NCBI GenBank assembly: GCA_964395285.1
Contig: CAYNAP010000002.1
Location: 1 to 37,102 of the forward strand
DNA: 37,102 nucleotides
Source of the DNA: an uncultured Candidatus Saccharibacteria bacterium
GTDB taxonomy: Bacteria; Patescibacteriota; Minisyncoccia; Sungbacterales; SURF-37
Direction of reading: 5' to 3'
The stretch's first letter is position 1. The number at the start of each line of letters is the position of its first letter. Both the position numbers and the translations under genes were made by a program. This document shows, one piece after another, positions 17,486 to 24,150 of this stretch. Below the pieces are notes generated by a model. The model made no database searches and was not told the DNA's origin. It saw only the letters and a program-made list of their open reading frames with translations.

Positions 17486-17698
17486 ATGACCATGCTTAAA
17501 AATCACAACCACGATCTTGTAAAACAACTGTCCGAGGATTCTTCAAGTTTATGGCGCTACGATACTTATGTTAAAAACTCAAAAGGGTGCCAGCGCTGCA
17601 CTAAGATGTGGAAGGGAATGAAGGCGACGGACGCGAAGAAGGTTAAGGTGCTGAAAGACGAGATTGAGCGCCACGTCAAAGAAGGGAAGTTTAATTAA
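17486..17698 (+). CDS. Hypothetical small protein with a CxxC motif
   Basis: A 70-codon ORF containing GCQRC. No family recognised. Confidence 0.4.
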   Translation: MTMLKNHNHDLVKQLSEDSSSLWRYDTYVKNSKGCQRCTKMWKGMKATDAKKVKVLKDEIERHVKEGKFN

Positions 17699-17719
17699 TT
17701 CTTTAATTGAGTTTCAACC

Positions 17720-18016
17720 ATGAGCGAAAGAGTTGAAGATGAAAAAGGATTCACCCCCAAGCCAGCAGAATCGTTTCAGGCGGAGTTTCTGAATGAGAAA
17801 GGGCTGGATATCCAAAAAGGGATGTCGGGAATTGGTTTTAGTTTTAGAAGGAGCGGGCCGGAAGGCAATGATGCGGTTACTTTTGAGGGTGAGCGGCAGA
17901 CTGGGGATGGCACAACTATACAAATAACTATAAAAAGAGGCGCGGATTACAAATCGCCTGCCGAGCTTGCTATAGCGAACGCAGAAGACAAAGAAGGCAA
18001 ACAGGTGGCTGGCTAG
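17720..18016 (+). CDS. Hypothetical protein
   Basis: A 98-codon ORF that fits the gene spacing. No family recognised. Confidence 0.4.
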   Translation: MSERVEDEKGFTPKPAESFQAEFLNEKGLDIQKGMSGIGFSFRRSGPEGNDAVTFEGERQTGDGTTIQITIKRGADYKSPAELAIANAEDKEGKQVAG

Positions 18017-18036
18017 ACGCGCTTAGCAAAAAAACC

Positions 18037-18864
18037 ATGCAAATATATCAAGACCTGAACGAAGCGCATAAAATCAAAGTCCAACGCTGGGGAGTTTTGC
18101 TTTTAGCTCTGGCCAACGTTTTTCTTGCGGTTCTCATTGTTAATTATCTTGCTTCACTGTGGCTCGAGGCCAAGAATATAAGCGGTACTACGAGAAAACT
18201 GGAAATCAGCGTTACGGGTGAGGGCAAAGTCGCCGCTGAAAAATCCGACGTTGTGGCTGAAATTTCGGTGTCGGTCCTTACTGAAAAAACTTCATTAAGC
18301 GATGCCCAAGCCGAGAATTCCAAGAAAACCAACGCCGTGGTTGATTACTTAAAGAAGCAGGGGATTGAAAACAAGGACATTAAGACCACCGGCTACAATA
18401 TATATCCGCAATATAGCTACCCCCGGCCGTGCTACGGCGTCACTTGCCCGCTTGAAACGGCGAAGCCGAGAATAATCGGCTATCAAGTAACCACAACTTA
18501 CGGGATAACTATCCGCGATACTCTTAAAGCCGGAGATATTTTGGCTGGGGTGGTGGCGGCCGGCGCTAATGAGGTCAGCGGCATAAGTTTTACCATTGAT
18601 AAGCCGGACGAGTTGAAAGCCAAGGCGCGGACCAAAGCGATCGAAGACGCCCGAACTAAGGCCGAAAAGTTGGCTAAAGATTTGAGCAAAAGAATTGGAC
18701 GGATGGTGGCTTTCTCCGAGAGCGGGACTTTTCCGCCTATATATTATAAGCAAAGCGTTGCTCTTGAGAGCGGAGTTGGCGCCGCGGCTCCGGCATCACC
18801 TTCAATCGAAACGGGAGAAAACGAGATAGTGGCAAACGTTACCATTACTTACGAGTTTAAGTAG
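18037..18864 (+). CDS. SIMPL/DUF541 domain protein with an N-terminal membrane anchor
   Basis: Contains GYNIYPQY, GYQVTTTYGITIRD, ANEVSGISF, KAKARTKAIEDARTKAEKLA and GENEIVANVTITYEF. Confidence 0.7.
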   Translation: MQIYQDLNEAHKIKVQRWGVLLLALANVFLAVLIVNYLASLWLEAKNISGTTRKLEISVTGEGKVAAEKSDVVAEISVSVLTEKTSLSDAQAENSKKTNAVVDYLKKQGIENKDIKTTGYNIYPQYSYPRPCYGVTCPLETAKPRIIGYQVTTTYGITIRDTLKAGDILAGVVAAGANEVSGISFTIDKPDELKAKARTKAIEDARTKAEKLAKDLSKRIGRMVAFSESGTFPPIYYKQSVALESGVGAAAPASPSIETGENEIVANVTITYEFK

Positions 18865-18907
18865 ATTCGCCGTGGCGGTTGTCGAATAAGTCAATTTTTT
18901 GGAACAT

Positions 18908-19879
18908 ATGAACGATTACGCTAAGGCTTCGCCTAAAGACGTATTCATGCATCTTTTGGCCGTAGTTGCGCTCTACATTTCCGCGGTCAGTTTCGGCGCG
19001 CTGACTTTTCAGTTTATTAACCGCTGGCTGCCCGATCCGCTGACCGATCACGGATATTATCGCACGGCCATGGCTGACGCTATCCGTTGGTTCGTGGCCA
19101 TGCTCACTATCGTTTTTCCGGTTTATGTTTGGACGGCATGGTCAATTCAAAAGGAAGCGACAGCGCATGCCAGTAAACGAAATCTGAAAATCAGGAAGTG
19201 GCTCCTTTACCTCACGCTTTTTCTCGCGGCTGCGGTCATAATCGGCGATCTTATTGCGCTGATTTACAACTTTCTCGGCGGCGAACTTTCGGCGCGTTTC
19301 CTGTTGAAAGTCGGCGTGGTCCTTTTCATCGCCGCTTCGGTGTTCGGTTATTATCTCTGGAATCTTAAGAGCGACATTATGGCCTCGCGCGATCCCTACA
19401 TGCGCTGGTTTGTGTGGGCGGTTGTTGCCATTGTTGTCGCGGCCGTGGTTTATGGTTTCGTTGCGGCCGGGTCGCCTTTTGCCGAGCGAATGAGACGGTT
19501 TGACGAAAGACGGGTTCAAGATCTGCAAAATATCCAGTGGCAGGCGGTCAATTACTGGCAGAAGAAGGAGAAACTGCCAAATCAGCTTTACGATCTTCGC
19601 GATGAGATTTCCGGTTTTGTTCCGCCGCGTGATCCGGAGAGCGGGAATGCCTATGAGTATCGGGTCCTTGCCGATCTTAAGTTCGAGCTATGCGCAACTT
19701 TTGCGACCGAAAGTTCCGACGAGCCGGCTTCGGAGCCGAAACCGGCTGGGCTGGGTTATGATGGATCATATATGAAGCCGACCAATTGGATGCACTCCGC
19801 GGGCCGCGTTTGTTTTGAGCGCACCATTGACCCCGCACTTTACCCGCCGGTTTATAAGACCGCACCGCCGCGGGGATAA
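18908..19879 (+). CDS. Polytopic membrane protein, DUF5671-like N-terminal region
   Basis: PKDVFMHLLAVVALYISAVSFGALTFQFINRWLPDPL, followed by further TM segments and a C-terminal soluble part. Confidence 0.5.
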   Translation: MNDYAKASPKDVFMHLLAVVALYISAVSFGALTFQFINRWLPDPLTDHGYYRTAMADAIRWFVAMLTIVFPVYVWTAWSIQKEATAHASKRNLKIRKWLLYLTLFLAAAVIIGDLIALIYNFLGGELSARFLLKVGVVLFIAASVFGYYLWNLKSDIMASRDPYMRWFVWAVVAIVVAAVVYGFVAAGSPFAERMRRFDERRVQDLQNIQWQAVNYWQKKEKLPNQLYDLRDEISGFVPPRDPESGNAYEYRVLADLKFELCATFATESSDEPASEPKPAGLGYDGSYMKPTNWMHSAGRVCFERTIDPALYPPVYKTAPPRG

Positions 19880-19917
19880 GCCAGAGTAAGTCAAAGAAAG
19901 TGTTGCAGTTTTCCAAG

Positions 19918-19955
19918 TTACATCATTTTCTCACGATCGTAAGAAAATGATGTAA
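19918..19955. repeat. Perfect 14-bp hairpin downstream of the DUF5671-like gene
   Basis: ttacatcattttct / agaaaatgatgtaa with loop cacgatcgta. Confidence 0.6.
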
Positions 19956-19987
19956 TTCCGATTTGGGCTATAGCTATAATAGAAAAG

Positions 19988-20794
19988 ATGAAAGCGGCGA
20001 TAATTGTTCTGGCAGTACTGGTCGCGGCCTCGCTTTTGCTCTACTTCCTTATTGTTATAGAAAAGCCCCTCCGCCAGTTTAATAACTCCGTACCCTCTAT
20101 TGTTACCATGGCCGAGCGTGTTGAATTTAGAACGGGGGACAATTTAACGATAGCCGGCGACTACTACGCGCCGGCCGATGCTTCGACCAAGGGCCTTTTG
20201 CTTTTGCACATGATGCCGGCGACACGGGCGAGTTGGAAAGTTTTTGCCGAAAGGGCCCGAGGTCTTGGTTTTAATACTTTGGCTATAGATTTGCGGGGAC
20301 ACGGCGAATCAGAAGGCGGGCCGCCAAAGGCGAGCCTCGCCAAGGGCGGGCCCGATGGCTACAAAAGTTTTTCCGATGCCGAGCACAAAGCCTCACGTTA
20401 CGACGTTGAAGCCGGCGTTGGGTTTTTAAAGTCTAAAGGCGCGAAAGAAATTTACCTTGGCGGAGCGTCCATTGGCGCCAATCTCGCTTTGCAGTATCTC
20501 GGCCAACATAGCGAGGCTAAAGCCGCTTTTCTTCTTTCGCCCGGATTGAATTACCGCGGAGTTGTGACCGAAAACTACGCTAGGGCTCTTGTTGAAGGAC
20601 AAGCTGTTTATTATGTCGCTTCTCGGGATGATCCGGCTTCGGTTGAAGCGGTAGGGAAACTCTCGGCCGCAACACCGAGCGCAGTCGCGAAAGAGACGAA
20701 AATATTTGACGAGGCCGGGCACGGTACGACGATTTTTGATCGCGAGCTGGAATTTGCGGATACCATTGCGACATGGCTGGCGGCTCAAAAGTAA
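19988..20794 (+). CDS. Alpha/beta hydrolase with an N-terminal TM anchor
   Basis: Contains LLLLHMMP, DLRGHGES and the nucleophile elbow GGASIGA, with a C-terminal GHG. Confidence 0.6.
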   Translation: MKAAIIVLAVLVAASLLLYFLIVIEKPLRQFNNSVPSIVTMAERVEFRTGDNLTIAGDYYAPADASTKGLLLLHMMPATRASWKVFAERARGLGFNTLAIDLRGHGESEGGPPKASLAKGGPDGYKSFSDAEHKASRYDVEAGVGFLKSKGAKEIYLGGASIGANLALQYLGQHSEAKAAFLLSPGLNYRGVVTENYARALVEGQAVYYVASRDDPASVEAVGKLSAATPSAVAKETKIFDEAGHGTTIFDRELEFADTIATWLAAQK

Positions 20795-21264
20795 CCAAAC
20801 TAATTTTTTGGTTTTTGGGAGGCGGGTTGGCGATTTTAATTTTGGGTAATGTGGTTTTGCTGATCTCTAATTCTAAAGTGTCAGACAGAAAGACCGCTGT
20901 TTACCTTAGCGGCGAGAAATTTTACTTGGATGTTGCCAAAACTTCTTCCAGTCAGCAAAAAGGCCTCGGCGGTCGCTCGAGCATCCCTCAAGACGGAGGA
21001 ATGCTGTTTTTGTTTACCCGCGCGGATCGCTACCCGTTTTGGATGAAAGGCATGATCTTGTCCATAGATATTTTTTGGCTAGACGGCGACAAGATTGTTT
21101 TTATAAAGGGAAATGCCGAGCCGCCGCCGACCGGGACTCCAGATGCCGAACTCGAAGTTTTTACTCCGCCCGTCCCGGCCGATAAGGTTATTGAGGTTAT
21201 GGCCGGCACGGCCGAGCGTCTTGGCATCGAAACTGGACAGAGGGTCAATATTCTGCTACCTTAA
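20773..21264 (+). CDS. DUF192 domain protein
   Basis: GGMLFLF....YPFWMKGMILSIDIFWLD is typical of DUF192/COG1430. Confidence 0.7.
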   Translation: MAGGSKVTKLIFWFLGGGLAILILGNVVLLISNSKVSDRKTAVYLSGEKFYLDVAKTSSSQQKGLGGRSSIPQDGGMLFLFTRADRYPFWMKGMILSIDIFWLDGDKIVFIKGNAEPPPTGTPDAELEVFTPPVPADKVIEVMAGTAERLGIETGQRVNILLP

Positions 21265-21310
21265 GTAGGCAATTGATGCTGATATTAGCTAGAAAGGAGA
21301 ATCAGTTGGG

Positions 21311-22120
21311 ATGCGCAATGAAGTCGTTTTGGATCTTGAAACCAAATCTGCGCCGCGCGATTGGGGGGTGCGCGACGAATTAAAAACGCTCGGTGTGTCG
21401 GTCGTCGGCGTTTGGTTTTCGGCGGACGACAGTTTTAAGGTTTTTCGCGAAACGGAGCTCGGCGAACTTGCCGGGCGACTAAAAAAAGCCGATCGGCTTA
21501 TCGGTTTTGCCGTAAGAAAGTTCGACATCCCGGTTCTTCAGCCGTATATAAACTTCGATTTAGACGAGATTCCGGTTCTTGATATGTTTGAGGATATAAG
21601 CGCGACTTTGGGTCACCGCATGTCGCTGGCTAGTTTGGCCAAGGCGACATTGGGGCAGAATAAGAATGGCCATGGCCTTGAAGCCATCACTTGGTACAAG
21701 AACGGGGAGTGGGAGAAGCTTGAGGAGTATTGTCTCAAGGACGTGCGTATTACCCGCGATTTATATCACTACGGGAAAAAGTTTGGCCATCTTTTATTCG
21801 AGTCTTTGATTGATCAAAAGACTATTTCGGTGCCGGTTTCATGGGGCTTGCCGGATGAAGCGGAGATCAGGGCGCTCATCGACAAAGCCCGGGCCGAAAA
21901 CAAAGTTTTGGAGATTGACTATGTGTCGCGCGAGAACTCGGGCGAGGGTTTTCTTAAAACCCGCAGAATTGAAATTCAGGCGGTGAAAGGGGATGATATT
22001 GAGGCTTACGATCATCTGCGCCAAGATGTGCGCAGTTTCCGCATCGGGCGGATAGTCAGCGCAAAAGTACTGGATGATGCGGTAAAGCCAAGACCGGTGG
22101 TTCAATCACTTTTCCGTTAA
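21311..22120 (+). CDS. RNase H-fold (DEDD-like, PolB-exo/YprB-like) exonuclease domain fused to a WYL-like C-terminal domain
   Basis: The N-terminal part has VLDLET, FAVRKFDIPVL and YCLKDVRITRDLY. The C-terminal part, LEIDYVSRENSGEGFLKTRRIEIQAV..IEAYDHLRQDVRSFRIGRIVSAKVL, resembles the WYL beta-barrel pattern. Confidence 0.5.
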   Translation: MRNEVVLDLETKSAPRDWGVRDELKTLGVSVVGVWFSADDSFKVFRETELGELAGRLKKADRLIGFAVRKFDIPVLQPYINFDLDEIPVLDMFEDISATLGHRMSLASLAKATLGQNKNGHGLEAITWYKNGEWEKLEEYCLKDVRITRDLYHYGKKFGHLLFESLIDQKTISVPVSWGLPDEAEIRALIDKARAENKVLEIDYVSRENSGEGFLKTRRIEIQAVKGDDIEAYDHLRQDVRSFRIGRIVSAKVLDDAVKPRPVVQSLFR

Positions 22121-22139
22121 GTTTTTGGGATCATAAAAT

Positions 22140-22631
22140 ATGAGCGGGGACACGCAATTCCACAGCTGGTCAAAAGGAACTCTTACCCTCACGCGGGTTT
22201 TCGACGAAATTATAAGTTATATAAAAAGTCAGCCGGAGAGGTCCTATCAAATAATCATCGGCTCGGATTCTGCAGCGCGGAGTCCGGTATCTTTGATTAC
22301 GGCAGTTACCATCAGGAGAGTAGGCAATGGTGCGGTGCATTTTTGGGTTGAATCGGATAAGAAGATATTCCACACTTTTCGCGACCGCATTTATGAAGAG
22401 GCGATGCAATCAATAACTTTGGCTCAAGAGTTTCGCTCGGGGTTGCGCGAGAAGTTTGGCGAGGACTTTTTTTGGAACGATAAAATTCAGGTGCATATTG
22501 ATGTGGGCGAAAACGGCCCAACGCGTGAGATGATCGATCAGGTAGTAGGCATGGTCAAGGGCTTCGGTTTTCAGGCAGTGATAAAGCCGGGGTCGTTCGG
22601 GGCTTCACAAGTGGCGGATCGCCATACCTAG
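22140..22631 (+). CDS. YkuK/DUF458 family RNase H-like protein
   Basis: FHSWSKGTLTLTRVFDEIISYIKSQPERSYQIIIGSDS matches my recollection of the YkuK N-terminus. Confidence 0.6.
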   Translation: MSGDTQFHSWSKGTLTLTRVFDEIISYIKSQPERSYQIIIGSDSAARSPVSLITAVTIRRVGNGAVHFWVESDKKIFHTFRDRIYEEAMQSITLAQEFRSGLREKFGEDFFWNDKIQVHIDVGENGPTREMIDQVVGMVKGFGFQAVIKPGSFGASQVADRHT

Positions 22632-22704
22632 GTAGAATGAATAAGCGGGCCTGCCCCGTTAGAAATGGAGTTTCTAATGGGGTGGCCGATACACACATAA
22701 GAAG

Positions 22705-22767
22705 GCCAAAAGCCAAAAGTTAAAAGCCAAAAGTTAAAAGGCAAAAGTTAAAAGGCAAAAGGCAAAA
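22705..22767 (+). repeat. Nine tandem GNNAAAA heptamers
   Basis: Sequence gccaaaa gccaaaa gttaaaa gccaaaa gttaaaa ggcaaaa gttaaaa ggcaaaa ggcaaaa. Confidence 0.9.
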
Positions 22768-22774
22768 CTTTGGA

Positions 22775-22810
22775 AGCCAAACGCTCCGATACTCCTCGGA
22801 GCGTTTGGCT
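22775..22810. repeat. Perfect 15-bp hairpin
   Basis: agccaaacgctccga / tcggagcgtttggct with loop tactcc. Confidence 0.8.
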
Positions 22811-22932
22811 GTATATTACTTCTATCTATGTATTATTTTCATAATTCCGGAAATGGATACGATCGTATTTATTTCCGGATATTTTAATTTGCGAACTGTT
22901 ACATCTGTGTTATTGTTGATTGATCGATTGAT

Positions 22933-22961
22933 TTGACAAATCATTTTTTGGAGTGTATAAT
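22933..22961 (+). promoter_or_regulatory. Exact consensus sigma-70 promoter (TTGACA, 17-nt spacer, TATAAT)
   Basis: TTGACA is at 22933-22938 and TATAAT at 22956-22961. The spacer was counted as 17 nt, and the upstream DNA is AT-rich. Confidence 0.7.
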
Positions 22962-22967
22962 AGTTAA

Positions 22968-23505
22968 TAGTATTGAAAAACTGTCAGTTTTTATGGCTTT
23001 TTCTCCCCAAACATGGGGCTTTGAAAAGGGTTTTCGACCCTATGGGCGAGCCCGGAGCAGACCCTCCTCTGCCACGGGCTTTAGCCCTCCTCGGAAACCC
23101 CCGGCTATATGCCTAAAAGGCCCCATATTTGGGGAGAAAAGCAATCTCGGGCCGTGACGGCCCGGGTCTGCGGCTGGCGGCGCTTTCTAGCTTACGCCGT
23201 TCGGCCGCTAAACGCCGGCGGTGAAAGAAATACCGGCGGCGTGACAATAGGGGAGCGCGGGTTTCATAGATTGATTCTTCCGCGCTCCTCCACCCTTTGA
23301 GGTTTCTTATTCTGATTTGCCCTGTTATCATCAAAAACCATCGAGATAGATTAATGGAAGAATTATGGTTTGAGAAACTTGATATAGTTAGCAGTTAAAT
23401 AACTGTGGTAGCAAGGGTTCAATTCGATAGGTGATCTCAAAGGATGGAGGGAAGGCAGTGGATGGCAACTGAACTCCGAGCTTGGCTCGGAAAGGAGGAG
23501 CGGCC
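22968..23505 (+). ncRNA. Candidate structured RNA or long structured leader (unclassified)
   Basis: It lies downstream of the consensus promoter. It has a series of GC-rich helices (listed in the findings) and no convincing ORF. The ends are not determined. Confidence 0.35.
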
Positions 23506-23778
23506 ATGGCGCGCGTGTTAAAGCGGGGAGAGGGACTAACGCTGGGAGAAGTGCGGGAGGCGACGGATGGATTCCTTGCTTCTTTCGTCTTTGGTGAGAG
23601 AAGCCCCCAGTTTATGGAGGATCTCCGCCTTCTTGCAGAAATCGGGGCCGCAGTCTGCGAAGGGATGCATCTCTCGCCGGAGTTGGGTCTGTTTTTATCC
23701 TCGGAGACTATTCTGCCCCATCAGGCAATGATTAAGTACCTGGAATGGGATGCGAGGCTGGAAGCACGCCCCGAGTAG
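23506..23778 (+). CDS. Orphan small protein (90 aa)
   Basis: GGAGG (23494-23498) lies 7 nt before ATG 23506. The composition is not low-complexity, and an intrinsic terminator follows. No family recognised. Confidence 0.4.
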   Translation: MARVLKRGEGLTLGEVREATDGFLASFVFGERSPQFMEDLRLLAEIGAAVCEGMHLSPELGLFLSSETILPHQAMIKYLEWDARLEARPE

Positions 23779-23792
23779 CGGGCGAATGGTAG

Positions 23793-23837
23793 TCTCGCCG
23801 GGCGCGAGGGCTGGTTCGCGTCGGCGAGAAAGTTTTT
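23793..23837 (+). terminator. Intrinsic terminator
   Basis: tctcgccg (23793-23800) pairs with cggcgaga (23822-23829). An inner cgcga/tcgcg helix is present, followed by aag and ttttt (23833-23837). Confidence 0.6.
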
Positions 23838-23877
23838 GTCTTGAGGAGCGCCTGCTAAAGCATTGCTTGTGCTCCTC

Positions 23878-23953
23878 CCACCTTCCAAGATTCCATAAGA
23901 TCCTAGCACCTTTAAAAAAACTGGTTTGAAACTTATGGAATCTTAGAAGGTGG
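23878..23953. repeat. 22-bp inverted repeat with a 32-nt loop
   Basis: ccaccttccaagattccataag pairs with cttatggaatcttagaaggtgg, with one mismatch at C23886/A23945. Confidence 0.8.
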
Positions 23954-23960
23954 TGTTGGT

Positions 23961-23986
23961 AAAACCCCGTTTTAGTACGGGGTTTT
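23961..23986. terminator. Terminator-like hairpin flanked by A and T runs
   Basis: aaaaccccgt / acggggtttt with loop tttagt. Confidence 0.5.
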
Positions 23987-23990
23987 AAAG

Positions 23991-24019
23991 TTGAATGCCG
24001 CATGAGCTTATGATAGATT
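23991..24019 (+). promoter_or_regulatory. Possible promoter for tRNA-Arg
   Basis: TTGAAT (23991-23996), a 17-nt spacer, then TAGATT (24014-24019). The tRNA starts 11 nt later. Confidence 0.3.
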
Positions 24020-24029
24020 GTTTTTACTT

Positions 24030-24101
24030 GTCCCCATAGCTCAATGGATAGAGCGCAAGCCTCCGGAGCTTGAAATCGGGGTTCGAATCCTCGTGGGGAC
24101 G
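24030..24101 (+). tRNA. tRNA-Arg (anticodon CCG), CCA not encoded
   Basis: Manual cloverleaf: acceptor GTCCCCA/TGGGGAC, D stem GCTC/GAGC, anticodon stem CAAGC/GCTTG, loop CTCCGGA, T stem CGGGG/CCTCG, T loop TTCGAAT. Total length 72 nt. Confidence 0.9.
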
Positions 24102-24150
24102 TAAATAGGTAATATTTCCCGTGGGGTTTTTTGTTTGGTAGAATCGTCTT

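Noticed and set aside
22705-22767. Tandem short repeats that could be mistaken for a CRISPR array. The same applies to 16038-16072 and 30574-30601.
   Set aside because: The period is 7 nt with no spacers. These are microsatellites, and no cas genes are present.
23030-23075. The minus-strand sequence GAGGAGGGUCUGCUCCGGGCUCGCCCAUAGGG resembles the RNase P RNA P4 5' region (GAGGAAAGUCCGGGCUCCAUAGGG).
   Set aside because: On that strand the motif would lie at the 3' end of the GC-rich block, followed only by AT-rich DNA. No ACAGAA-CCGGCUUA-type P4 3' partner or other RNase P core motifs were found in the correct order.
22933-23334. ORFs 22933-23157 (+), 23109-23300 (+) and 23113-23334 (-) in the orphan locus.
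   Set aside because: The first starts inside the -35 box. All are Arg/Pro/Gly-rich translations of GC-rich hairpins without SD sites.
24091-24138. cgtgggg from the tRNA-Arg 3' end recurs 30 nt downstream (tcccgtggggtttttt), hinting at an att-like duplication.
   Set aside because: Only 7-8 nt are shared, which is well within chance. The second copy is more simply part of a weak terminator or T-run.
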